Below, in pieces: positions 1 to 12,011 of a stretch of DNA of 64,000 nt. The stretch comes from Octopus sinensis (lineage: Eukaryota). Below the pieces are notes generated by a model. The model was not told the origin of the DNA. It saw only the letters and a list, made by a program, of their open reading frames with translations, and did no database searches. Within the stretch, counting starts at the first letter, position 1; each line of letters begins with the position of its first letter. The translations under genes and the position numbers were made by a program. Location of the stretch: contig NC_043019.1 in NCBI RefSeq assembly GCF_006345805.1, positions 31,867,360 through 31,931,359 of the forward strand, in the 5' to 3' direction.

Positions 1-1176
1 GGACAAGGTGCTGAAGCATGATATTAAAACTTTGAGCCTCACAGAGACAATGACTAGTGACCAAGACCTTTGGGGATATGCTGTGCTTGAGAAGACCTAT
101 CAAGCCAAGTGAAATTGTAGTCATGGCTGATACTGGTGTCGTGTTACTGACACCCCTGCTAGTGGCATGTAAAAAGCATCGTTTGAGTATTAGACCTCAT
201 GGAGGCAAAGTGGCTGGTGCCAGTGACATGTGAAAAGCTCCTTTCAAGTTTTGGGCCTCAGGAAGACAATGACCGAGGCATTTGGCATTGTTTCATGCTT
301 GAGAAGAAGACCCATCAAGCCAAGTAAAATTGCAGTTGTGGCAGATACCTATTTCTTGACTACTCACAAGGGGCTAAACACAGAAAAGACAAACAAGGAC
401 AGACAAACGGATTAAGTCAATTACATCGACCCCAGTGCGTAACTGGTACTTAATTTATCGACCCCTGAAAGGATGAAAGGCAAAGTCGACCTTGGCAGAA
501 TTTGAACTCAACGTAACAACAGATTAAATACTGCTAAGCATTTCACCCTGCGTGCTAACGATTCTGCCAGCTTGCTGCAGATACCGCTTTCACACAAATG
601 GCACCAGTGTTGTTCACACATAAAAGCGGCCATTATACTCTTGGAGTGGTTGGTGTTCTACATCAAGCTGTAGAAATCATGCCAAGTCAGACTGGAGTTC
701 TGGCTTGCCAACCCTGGTCAAACCATCCAATCCATACCAGCACGGACAAAGGATGTTAAATGATGATGATGATGTATGTATGTATGTATATATATATATC
801 TGTGTGTCTTTGTGTGTAAGTATGTCCACCATCACAGCTTGACAACTGGTGCTGGTATGTTTATATCTCAGAAACTTAGCAGTTCAGTATAAGAGGCTGA
901 TAGAATAAATAACCAGGCTTATGTAAAAAAGAAGTAAGTACTGGAGTTGATACATTCAACTGAAAATTCTTCAAAGCAGTGCCCCAGCATGGCCACAGTG
1001 AAATGACTCTTTCGCATTTATATATTAACTGTTTAGACCTTAATTATAAAATAATGAAACCATTATTCTCTGCCAATTTAGTTAATTGTAAGATAGAAAT
1101 TTAGATGTAATAAAATGTTTTAAAAGAAATTTTAAAGTGCCTACGTGATAACTGTAAATTTACTTTTGAGCCACCC

Positions 1177-1209
<33 letters not shown>

Positions 1210-1351
1210 TATATATAGTATATATATATATATAGATAGATAGATAGATAGATATATGTAACTGGAGACTGGAGAGTCTCAGTTATAATCTAGTCTTATT
1301 ACAGAATATGCTTCATTTGTATGAAGCCCTGTAATTTATTGCTTCTAGTGA

Positions 1352-1422
<71 letters not shown>

Positions 1423-1525
1423 ATATTTATTTATATATATTTATATATATTCATTTATATATATATTTATATATATATATATATGTATATAAATATATAT
1501 ATAAATAAATATATATATAAATATA

Positions 1526-1590
<65 letters not shown>

Positions 1591-1679
1591 AATATATATA
1601 TAAATATATATATGTGTGTGTATATATATATATAGATATATATATATATACATATATACACATGTCTATGTGTGTGAAT

Positions 1680-2500
1680 ATATTGTCTCCTAAATTACGC
1701 AAAAATGAAAATAACACTGACATCTCATTTTAACAGATATATTTGTCAAAATTACATAAAAATATCTTGAAATACTAAAGAGCAAATTTATTCAATAAAA
1801 TCGCTATTGGCTTCAACCACAGCCTCCAGACAAATTCAGAATCTCCTGCAACTCTTCTGGATGGTCTCCTTGTTTCAGTTGGTGAATGCTACCATAATCC
1901 TTGCCTTCAGTTCATCTTTGGTTTTACAAGGAGTTTTATTGGTCTCTTACTCAACTACACCTCACACATAATAATGAAAGGGGTTGTAGTCTGAGGAATT
2001 AGGTGGCCAGATGTTGCAGTAGATGTGGCTGCAGAAATTGTCTGACATCCATGACTGGGTTCTCCTCCTTGTGTAGCATGGTGCAGAGTCCTGTTACCAG
2101 ACAGGACTCTGTCTTCCAGCAGCTACCCTCTTCACCCAGGGCAACACTACATCTTCCAGGCCATTGATGTCGGTCTCCGTGTTGAGTCTGAAACTGCTTG
2201 GGAAGATAAATGGAGGCATAACATCTCCATCACTCTCGGTACATGTTTTGGGGACACGGCAAGCCAATAGCTGTTCTGTGTGTTCACCATCTGCTTGTAC
2301 TGGAGCTTCCAGCATGAATGCTAAGCAGTACAGCTTGTTGTTTCCAAATTTCTGACAGAGTGAATGGCATCATGGTGCCATTTTTCTCACCAATGGTGCC
2401 CAACTCATCCTAATGTACTGTGTAGTGACAAAATCCAAAAACAATGTGCATACGCAAAATTAAAAATATAAAATGGGAAAAATTTACCCATCGCACCTTA
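1680..2500 (-). mobile_element. Internally deleted Tc1/mariner maT-type (DD37D) DNA transposon with a pseudogenised transposase
   Basis: Manual minus-strand translation 2250->1788: ESDGDVMPPFIFP...LEDVVLPWVKRVAAGR..W*QDSAPCYTRRRTQSWMSDNFCSHIYCNIWPPNSSDYNPFHYYV*G...KDELKARI...EANSDFIE*. There are 37 residues between the QDS Asp and the third acidic position (here mutated to His), and several stops. A short N-terminal piece (MPFTLSEIWK) is fused to the catalytic C-terminus. Confidence 0.85.
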
Positions 2501-2610
2501 TATATATATATACACATTCACATACATATACACACATATTTATATATATTATGAATACTTGCATACACACACACAAACATACATACATATATGTGTATAT
2601 ATATATATAT

Positions 2611-2794
2611 AAAGTTAATCCAAACAAGAAAGCACAAAAAAACACAACGCAAGGACGTGGAACAAATATAGTATTATTGGACGCTCAGGAAAGAAGGAGG
2701 GTTTAATGTTTCGAGCGGAGCTCTTCATCAGAAACATAGGAGAAGGAAAGCTCCAGAGAAGGGAAGACAGAGAAAAGAAAATCGCCAACGGTAC
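2611..2794 (-). mobile_element. Short HHR-bearing element, subfamily A (Penelope pseudo-LTR/retrozyme-like), inserted in (TA)n
   Basis: Homologous to 4982-5162 and 63614-63933. (TA)n on both sides. Contains the HHR-like motif at 2701-2735. Confidence 0.7.
2701..2735 (-). ncRNA. Minimal type I hammerhead-like motif (subfamily A)
   Basis: Minus strand GTTT-CTGATGA-A-GAGC(TCC)GCTC-GAAAC-ATT-AAAC. Stem I GTTT/AAAC, canonical CUGAUGA core plus one extra A, stem II GAGC/GCTC. Stem III palindrome damaged (ACAT instead of ACGT). Confidence 0.6.
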
Positions 2795-3621
2795 ATATAT
2801 ATATATATATATATATATGACAGACCTCTTTCAGTTTCTGTCTACCAAATCCAAATCCACTCAGAAGGCATTTCAGCCTGAGGCTATAGTAAAAGACACT
2901 TGCCCAAGTGCCATGCCATAGAACTGAACCCAAGCTTCATACAATACACCAATGCTTGCACCTTGTATAGACTTTTTTGCAAACTCAACCCTTATCTGTT
3001 TTGATCAGTTAAGAAATTTCTTCCTGTCAACAGCCAATTTTTTTTCATATCTTCAGCATATTTTTGTATTTCTTTCCACTATAGTGCCACCCATTCCTGT
3101 ACCTAAGAATAATCTGGGATGTATGTTTATGTTATGTTTAACCAAATGACCTTCTTAATATGATAGCTTCTTGGTGATTCATTAACCACGTTACAATTTA
3201 AATTCGTCTCTTTATATGCAAATGTTTTCTTATTTGTTATCTATATCATAAAAAGCTTTGGCGATGGTGTCATGCAAAAATTACTGGTGCCGGTGCCACA
3301 TTAAAAGTGCTGGTACCATGTAAAAGCTATCAGCGCTGGTGCCATGCAAAAAGCAGTGGTGCAGGTGTCACTTAAAAAGCACTCAATACACTCTATAAAG
3401 TAGTTGGTGTTATGAAGGGCATCCAGCTATAGAAACCATGGCAAAACAGATAATATAACCTGGTGTGGTTCTTGCCCTTGCCAGCTCCTGTCAAACTGTC
3501 CAACCCATCGGAGCATAGAAAACAGACTTTAAATCATGATCATGATAACCTCAAGATATAAAAGATTCATAAACAAGCCTATCAAACATACAACACCATT
3601 GTCAGCTGTCTAACATACCAC

Positions 3622-3667
<46 letters not shown>

Positions 3668-4981
3668 GAGGGAGTTGCTGTGTGGTAAGTAGCTTGCTTA
3701 CCAACCACATGGTTCTGGGTTCAGTCCCACTGTGTGCCACTTTGGGCAAGTGTCTTCTTCTATAGCCTCGGGCCGACCAAAGCCTTGTGAGTGGATTTGG
3801 CAGACAGAAACTGAAAGAAGCCCATCATATTTATGTACACGTATATATATATTTGTGTGTGTGTTTGTGTCTGTGCTTGTCCCCCAACATCACTTGCGGG
3901 TCGGCAAAAGAGACCGATAGAAAAAGTACTAGGCTTACAAAGAATAAGTCCTGGGGTTGATTTGCTCAATCAAAGGTGGTGCTCCAGCATGGCCACAGTC
4001 AAATGACTGAAACAAGTAAAAAGAGTAAAGAGTAACGAGTACATACAACAGGCTTCTATCAGTTTCCATCCACCAAATCTACTCAAAAGGCTTTGGTCTG
4101 CCCGGGGCTATAGCAGAAGCCTCTTACCCCATATACCAGGCAATGGGACTGAACCTGGAAACCATGCGGTTATGAAATAAACTTCTTACTGCACAGCCAA
4201 AAATTAAAAACGAAAATGAATAATAAAAAGAAGAGATGACATGAGAGCTCGTGTATTCTTAATTAAATATGTCACTTGCTGTAATAAAACATCGGTGAGA
4301 GAGGCACTTATACAATGCTTTCGGTTGTCAAGTAGGTATCAATGGTCTTGGTACTTTGTAATTTGACAGCTAAATAATGGTATTGGTTTTTCTTTTTTTT
4401 TTTTTTTTTTTTTTTTTTGTTTTTCTACAACAAATATCTTGAATATCTGGAAGATTATAAGCTTTTGGTTAAAGTGGCACTAATGAACAAACAGCCATTG
4501 GCTGTTTGCTTTCTGCTAATGCTTACATATAAATGCATGAGTGTGTTGGTACATAAGTGTGCATGAATGTATGTGTGTATATATGTATGCGTGCATGTGT
4601 ATGTGCATGTGTACAAGTATGTGTGTGTGGATGTTCATGTATTTGTTTGTTTTACATCTGTTTCTCGCTCACTTGTGTGGGTTAGATGGATATGTCATTT
4701 TAGACGATGTTTGTTATACAGCTGGATGCCCTTATGCCCTCTTTTATGCTCACACATCTTTCTCAATTAAGAGATCTATTATTCTACGCAGCTTAATATG
4801 CACAAATTGACTGGACGATTTATTAACAGTGGAACTGAGAGCAATGATCCAAGCCCTGAAAGCAATTACAGATGCAAATATACACACGTGGAAAGACACG
4901 CACAACACACATATACATCCATGTATGTATGTATGTATGAATGTAAATGTATATATGTGTATGTATGTATGTGACCGCGTG

Positions 4982-5162
4982 TGTACCGTTGGCGATTTTT
5001 TTTCTTCTGTTTTCCCTTCTCCTATGTTTCCAACGAAGAGCTCTGCTCGAAACGTTAAACCCTCCTTCTTCTCTTCCTTCCTGAGTGTCCAATAATACTA
5101 TATTTGTTCCATGTCCTCACGTTGTTGTGTTTTCTTTTTGTGTTTTCATGTTTGGATTAACT
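4982..5162 (+). mobile_element. Short HHR-bearing element, subfamily A
   Basis: Homologous to 2611-2794 in the opposite orientation. HHR-like motif at 5026-5060: GTTT-CCAACGA-A-GAGC(TCT)GCTC-GAAAC-GTT-AAAC (core degenerate). Ends in (TA)n. Confidence 0.7.
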
Positions 5163-5172
5163 ATATATATAT

Positions 5173-5610
5173 ATAACATAAGGGGATCAGCCATCTGAAA
5201 GTGGCTAGGGACAGGGCGGGGTAGTGGGGGTGTTACTGATGCATTTAGCCCCAGGCGATCATCAACGTCACCAGAAGGGCTGACACCATCTCGGTGTCCT
5301 TGCCAGCCTGCAAAAGGAGATCAGCCTCCCCGAAGATACGGATACTACATACGGACCGGTTTCGAGGTATTTGCCTCTTATCAACGCATGGTAAGCACCG
5401 TTCTTCGTTGAGGGACTTCCTCTACAGGCTGGATATATATGGATTTTCACAGTAAACACAGTCACTGATGTAGAAAAACCGTTCGACAACAATAATAAAT
5501 CTCTGAGCGAGATAAAAACAGTAACTGCTCTATAACATAAGGGGGATCAGCCATCTGAATGTGGCTAGGGACAGGGCGGGGTAGTGGGGGTGTTACTGAT
5601 GCATTTAGCC
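5173..5610 (-). mobile_element. Retrozyme-like element: 360-bp monomer plus ~78-bp terminal redundancy, in (TA)n
   Basis: 5173-5250 recurs at 5532-5610 (period 360, two differences seen). No meaningful ORF. One HHR inside. (TA)n on both flanks. Confidence 0.7.
5348..5390 (-). ncRNA. Type I hammerhead ribozyme, U3-A8 core variant, palindromic stem III
   Basis: Minus strand CATGCG-TTGATAA-GAGG(CAAATA)CCTC-GAAA-CCGG-TC-CGTATG. Stem I CAUGCG/CGUAUG (6 bp, one GU), stem II 4 bp, palindrome ACCGGU, GUC cleavage triplet. Confidence 0.8.
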
Positions 5611-5689
5611 ATATATATATATACACGCTAAACGATGATGATGATGATGATGATGATGACATCCATGTATGTATGTATGTGTGTGTATA

Positions 5690-6443
5690 TATATATATAT
5701 ATATACACATATTTATTTATCCTTTTACTTGTTTTAGTCATTTTGACTGTGGCCATGCTGGAGCACCACCTTTTAGTTGAAGAAATCAACTTCTGGACTT
5801 ATTCTTTGTAAGCCTTGTACCTACTCTGTCACTCTCTTTTGCCAGACTGCTAAGCTACAGGGACATAAACACACCAACATCAGTTATCAAGCAATGTGTG
5901 TGGGGGGAGGGGAACAAACATACACCCACACACACACAAATATATATATGACAGGCTTCTTTCAGTTTCCATCTACCAAATCCACTCACAAGTCTTTTGT
6001 GAATCCGAGGCTATAGTAGAAGACACTTGCCCAAGGTGCCACGCAGTGGGACTGAACCCAGAGCCATGTGGTTGGGAAGCAAGCTTCTTACCACACAGCC
6101 CCATGTATATATGGAGTATCAAATTTCTTTACTGGTTGTCAATACTATTCACCCTTGGTAAGCAAGAACAATAGCTTCAGGTTGATGGCTAGAGACAGGT
6201 GACCTAGTTCGGGATAAATGTCACACTGACCAAATTTATCTTCTCTCTTTTCTTTTCTTCGTTTTCTTTGGCAATTGATTTGTTTTAGCTCCAAGGAATA
6301 TATTGCAAGGGCCATTCCCTACATTTTTAGTTGATCAACCAGTCAATTGATAAAATTGAACAAAGAACACACCATAAATGCATATCTGAAACAGCTGTAA
6401 GCCTTTAATAAATAATTGTTTATAATCCATTATTTTTGTCTAT

Positions 6444-6476
<33 letters not shown>

Positions 6477-7204
6477 TTATTTATCCTTTTACTTGTTTTA
6501 GTCATTTTGACTGTGGCCATGCTGGAGCACCACCTTTTAGTTGAAGAAATCAACTTCTGGACTTATTCTTTGTAAGCCTTGTACCTACTCTGTCACTCTC
6601 TTTTGCCAGACTGCTAAGCTACAGGGACATAAACACACCAACATCAGTTATCAAGCAATGTGTGTGGGGGGAGGGGAACAAACATACACCCACACACACA
6701 CAAATATATATATGACAGGCTTCTTTCAGTTTCCATCTACCAAATCCACTCACAAGTCTTTTGTGAATCCGAGGCTATAGTAGAAGACACTTGCCCAAGG
6801 TGCCACGCAGTGGGACTGAACCCAGAGCCATGTGGTTGGGAAGCAAGCTTCTTACCACACAGCCCCATGTATATATGGAGTATCAAATTTCTTTACTGGT
6901 TGTCAATACTATTCACCCTTGGTAAGCAAGAACAATAGCTTCAGGTTGATGGCTAGAGACAGGTGACCTAGTTCGGGATAAATGTCACACTGACCAAATT
7001 TATCTTCTCTCTTTTCTTTTCTTCGTTTTCTTTGGCAATTGATTTGTTTTAGCTCCAAGGAATATATTGCAAGGGCCATTCCCTACATTTTTAGTTGATC
7101 AACCAGTCAATTGATAAAATTGAACAAAGAACACACCATAAATGCATATCTGAAACAGCTGTAAGCCTTTAATAAATAATTGTTTATAATCCATTATTTT
7201 TGTC

Positions 7205-7210
<6 letters not shown>
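5690..7210. repeat. Tandem duplication, 2 x ~764 bp
   Basis: Identical ORF translations at 5777/6541 and 5896/6660 (offset 764). Junctions lie in (TA)n. No differences seen by eye outside the microsatellites. Confidence 0.95.
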
Positions 7211-7252
<42 letters not shown>

Positions 7253-8498
7253 GAGGAGAGAGAGAGAGAACAAAGTGTACGTACGCCACTATATATATAT
7301 ATATATATATATATACATAATACAAAATGGGACAAGAACGCAAAACATCTGGACAACTAGGTGATACAAAAAGGGACAACAAAACATCCAGATAGACGAT
7401 ACAAAAAAACAAGGACGGGTCATTTGAAGCTTTCTATCCTCAGTCAAGAACCTGATCATCCTCGTAATTTCGGCTGATTAATCTTGAGATTGCTCCAATC
7501 TGGCCAGCACCAAGGAAAAACTAAGCTAAGAGCATTAGATTCCGTGGAAAAAAGCATCGAATGTATACAAAAAGAAGTTTTTGTAACTAAACACTTTCAA
7601 ATTTCAGATGCTGGTAGAGTGTGTCGTATAAAACATCCTTTACTCTTAGTGTTGTTGAGAAAAGTTTATATTTTCAAAGTTATTTCGTGTTAAAGTTGTT
7701 GTATTTCGGTAATTTCAACCAATCAATACTGTGTGGACTGGAGCAACATGAAATGACATGTTTTGCTCAAGAACACAACACGTTGCCCTGTCCAGGAATT
7801 GAAACCACAATGTTACAGACATAAGTCCAACATCCTAACCACTAAGCCATGTGTCTCCACTATTGCCCAACCCAGGAATTGAAACTACTATCTTGTGATC
7901 ATGAGTCTAACACCCTAACCACTAAGCTACACACCTCCACCTGTTACCTTAAGCCTTTGTACAATAAGAGTGAAGTGAAACAGATTGGCAATGCATAGAG
8001 TTAGTAATAGTAAGTTAAGAGTTGTCTTTCCTTGAAATATCCTTCCTTCTTATGAAAAATTTATGAGTGAATCTCGAACATGTAAATTTCAAGATCAAGA
8101 AGACCTTATTAAATGTTAATAAAAAGCTTTAGTGTTGTGTGTTTGTTGAAGACTTCCATTGTCTTAGTTAAATATTTACTATATTAAGAGCCGTACAGAG
8201 TTTCTTTCGAATAAAACAGGGAAGAGATGAATGAGAAAGAGAAAGAAAGATATATATAAATAGAGACAGAGAGTGGGGGACACAATTCTTTTCCTTAATT
8301 GACTTGATCAACAATTCTGACATGTTTATTACAAGTCTCCAGCGCCTACAGTCCTCTATAATTGCCAGTGGGTGAATTATAATTTGCAGTGAACTATGCC
8401 AGATGCTGTAGGACTCTGCACACAGAAGTAGATATTTGACACTAACTATATTCAAATTAATCAATTTTATTGCTTTTATATATTTATTTATCTGTTGC

Positions 8499-8536
<38 letters not shown>

Positions 8537-9836
8537 TCTATAGTTTATTATATATATATATATATTATATATATATATATAGAGAGAGAGAGGAGGAGAG
8601 AGAGAGAGAACAAAGTGTACGTACGCCACTATATATATATATATATATATATACATAATACAAAATGGGACAAGAACGCAAAACATCTGGACAACTAGGT
8701 GATACAAAAAGGGACAACAAAACATCCAGATAGACGATACAAAAAAACAAGGACGGGTCATTTGAAGCTTTCTATCCTCAGTCAAGAACCTGATCATCCT
8801 CGTAATTTCGGCTGATTAATCTTGAGATTGCTCCAATCTGGCCAGCACCAAGGAAAAACTAAGCTAAGAGCATTAGATTCCGTGGAAAAAAGCATCGAAT
8901 GTATACAAAAAGAAGTTTTTGTAACTAAACACTTTCAAATTTCAGATGCTGGTAGAGTGTGTCGTATAAAACATCCTTTACTCTTAGTGTTGTTGAGAAA
9001 AGTTTATATTTTCAAAGTTATTTCGTGTTAAAGTTGTTGTATTTCGGTAATTTCAACCAATCAATACTGTGTGGACTGGAGCAACATGAAATGACATGTT
9101 TTGCTCAAGAACACAACACGTTGCCCTGTCCAGGAATTGAAACCACAATGTTACAGACATAAGTCCAACATCCTAACCACTAAGCCATGTGTCTCCACTA
9201 TTGCCCAACCCAGGAATTGAAACTACTATCTTGTGATCATGAGTCTAACACCCTAACCACTAAGCTACACACCTCCACCTGTTACCTTAAGCCTTTGTAC
9301 AATAAGAGTGAAGTGAAACAGATTGGCAATGCATAGAGTTAGTAATAGTAAGTTAAGAGTTGTCTTTCCTTGAAATATCCTTCCTTCTTATGAAAAATTT
9401 ATGAGTGAATCTCGAACATGTAAATTTCAAGATCAAGAAGACCTTATTAAATGTTAATAAAAAGCTTTAGTGTTGTGTGTTTGTTGAAGACTTCCATTGT
9501 CTTAGTTAAATATTTACTATATTAAGAGCCGTACAGAGTTTCTTTCGAATAAAACAGGGAAGAGATGAATGAGAAAGAGAAAGAAAGATATATATAAATA
9601 GAGACAGAGAGTGGGGGACACAATTCTTTTCCTTAATTGACTTGATCAACAATTCTGACATGTTTATTACAAGTCTCCAGCGCCTACAGTCCTCTATAAT
9701 TGCCAGTGGGTGAATTATAATTTGCAGTGAACTATGCCAGATGCTGTAGGACTCTGCACACAGAAGTAGATATTTGACACTAACTATATTCAAATTAATC
9801 AATTTTATTGCTTTTATATATTTATTTATCTGTTGC

Positions 9837-9874
<38 letters not shown>

Positions 9875-9883
9875 TCTATAGTT

Positions 9884-9920
<37 letters not shown>
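7211..9920. repeat. Tandem duplication, 2 x ~1338 bp
   Basis: Identical ORFs at 7484/8822, 7621/8959 and 8168/9506 (offset 1338). Junctions lie in (TA)n. Confidence 0.95.
7316..7566. mobile_element. Unclassified ~250-bp element starting at a (TA)n tract (second copy 8654-8904 arises from the tandem duplication)
   Basis: Begins abruptly at (TA)n. Its A-rich/T-rich strand asymmetry resembles the HHR-bearing elements, but I could not fold a complete HHR. Confidence 0.35.
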
Positions 9921-9925
<5 letters not shown>

Positions 9926-10459
9926 TTTTCTTTTCTTTTTGCAAATATACTGCAGGAATAATTTATTGTAATTTAGAGCTCAGTAATGCTCTGACCTTGA
10001 GATTTTATATGAAAGAAAAACGATAAAACAAAAGTAAAGAAATGAAAGACAAGAAGAAATATAATTTTTCTTTTTATTCTATTTCTTTCCTTTTTTATTA
10101 TGTTGATTTTTTTTGTTTTTGCAAAAAAAAAAGAAAATTATTAAACAGTAATTATATTTCATTAAAACATAAATGGAAAATTCATTTAATTGCTGTGTAG
10201 TAAGTTTTGCTATATAAATAATAAATAAATAGTTATTGTGGAGATAAAGGAAATCTTTCACATCTAATAGTTACTGCTTATCCTCAAATCAACAAGATAA
10301 TCTCTACAACATGCTAGCAATAGTAGCTAAGTCATACTTTGCTGTCTTAAAGAAGAAAGGATCATATTAGAGGATATTATCATCCAAAAGATGAAATTAT
10401 CATCAAAACTTGAACATTTTTGACCAAAGATCAGATCAATTAGTTTTGATTTAAGGATC

Positions 10460-10960
10460 AATCACTACTGATGTAGGCTCACTCAGTGTTGATCTGAGAT
10501 TCAATCAGTGTTGACCAGAGGCTCAATCAGAACTTCAGTTAGTGCTGATCTGGTGCTCGGTCAGTGTTGATCTGTGATTCAATCAGTGCTGCTTCTATGA
10601 TGATCAAAGTTAATTAAAGGCTCAATCAGTGTTGAGGTTCAGTTAACACTGATCTGGTGCTCAATCAATGTTGATCTGTGATTCAATCAGTGCTGCTTCG
10701 ATGATGACCAAAGTTTGATCAAAGGCTCGATCAGTACTTATCCGAAATTTAATTAGTACGCATCCGTAATTCAATCAGTACTGATCTGAGGCTCTATCAG
10801 CGTTGACTAGAGGCTCAGTTAACATTGATCTGGTGTTTGATCAATGTTGATCTGAAACTCAATCAGTGCTGCTTTGAGACTTAATCAGTGCTGATCTGAG
10901 TTTCAATCAGGGTGATCTGAGGCACAAAACAGTGTTAATTTGAGATTTGGTGTTCATATT
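10460..10960. repeat. Degenerate minisatellite, ~20-22 bp unit (approx. TCAATCAGTGYTGATCTGAGGC)
   Basis: Repeated caatcagtg...gatctg motifs across ~500 bp. Confidence 0.8.
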
Positions 10961-11002
10961 AAGATTAATCATCAGAGTCTCAATCTGTACAGTTCTGAGT
11001 CT

Positions 11003-11340
11003 CAACCATATGTGTGTGACATGGTGATCTCATATCATCTCACTTAAAAGGTCCCTGAAAAAGGTTTGTTTAAGGATGTTGAACAAAACACCCATGTTAC
11101 CAGAGGTGAATTATTCAAACCTCAAAGAATTCCTCTCAACACATGGCTATGATGCTCCCCCATTGCATCTGCTCATGATCAGAGATGCACATATCATCAG
11201 CCACCAAGGAACATGCTCAACTGGTCAAGGTCAAACAACTGACAAGCAAATCTGTGGACTTGAACAGAATATTTCCTGTAGCCTGATAACACTTCCAATC
11301 AGAAGCCATGAAAGCCAGTGCCTGGTATGACATTAGGCAT
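11003..11340 (-). mobile_element. Partial, diverged copy of the ~555-bp (TAA)n-associated non-coding element
   Basis: Aligns by eye to 29690-30244 with deletions. Shares the same 5' end (minus strand) next to (TAA)n. Confidence 0.75.
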
Positions 11341-11361
11341 TTATGATTATTATCATTATTA

Positions 11362-11410
<49 letters not shown>

Positions 11411-11626
11411 AGGTGGTGAGCTGGCAGAACTGTTAGCACACTGGGCAAAATGCTTAACAGTATTTCGCCCATTGCTACATTTTGAGTTCAAATTCCACTG
11501 AGGTCGACTTTGCCTTTCATCCTTTCGAGATTGATTAACTAAGTACTAGTGAAACACTGGGGGTCGATGTAATCAACTAGTCCCCTCCCCAAAAGTTTCA
11601 GACCTTATGCCTATAGTAGAAAAGAT
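11411..11626 (+). mobile_element. tRNA-derived SINE family S2 (Meta-domain-like core), representative copy
   Basis: Head ggtggtgagctggcaga...gagttcaaattcc, core gcctttcatcctttc..gtcga..aagtac. Other copies at about 351-580(-), 16752-16870, 22365-22575, 27550-27770, 28955-29670, 30265-30460, 33573-33801, 39341-39550(-), 49345-49555, 53667-53898, 55298-55698 (3' part duplicated) and 57749-57981(-). Confidence 0.85.
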
Positions 11627-11644
11627 TATTATTTCTATTATCAT

Positions 11645-11956
11645 CATCATCGTTTAATGTCCGTTCTCTATGCTAGCATGGGTTGGACGGTTCGACCAGG
11701 GATCTGGGAAGCCAGAAGGCTGCACCAGGCTCCAGTCTTATCTGGCAGTGTTTCTACAGCTGGATGCCCTTCCTAATGCCAACCACTCCGTGAGTGTAGT
11801 GGGTGCTTTTTACGTGCTACCTGCACAGGTGTCAGGCAAGGCTGGCAACAGCCACGGTCGGATTGGTGCATTTTACGTGCCACCGGCACAGAAGCCAGTC
11901 GAGGCGGCACTGGCATCGGCCACGATTCGGATGGTGCATTTTACGTGCCACCGGCA

Positions 11957-11957
<1 letters not shown>
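11645..11957 (-). mobile_element. Abundant retroposon family S3 with an RTE-like (GAT)n tail, representative copy
   Basis: Motif gtggttggcattaggaagggcatccagctgtagaaac...ccaacccatgctagcat...ggacRttaaacgatgatgat. Other copies at about 640-775, 21735-22070, 27990-28350, 40500-40705(-), 47575-48045, 54500-54980 and 58341-58472. Confidence 0.75.

Positions 11958-12011
<54 letters not shown>

Noticed and set aside
1321-1733. ORFs rich in IY/YI, TH/HT, CV, poly-I, poly-L, poly-T and poly-N throughout the ORF track
   Set aside because: They are translations of (TA)n, (CA)n, (ATT)n and (ACT)n microsatellites, not genes.
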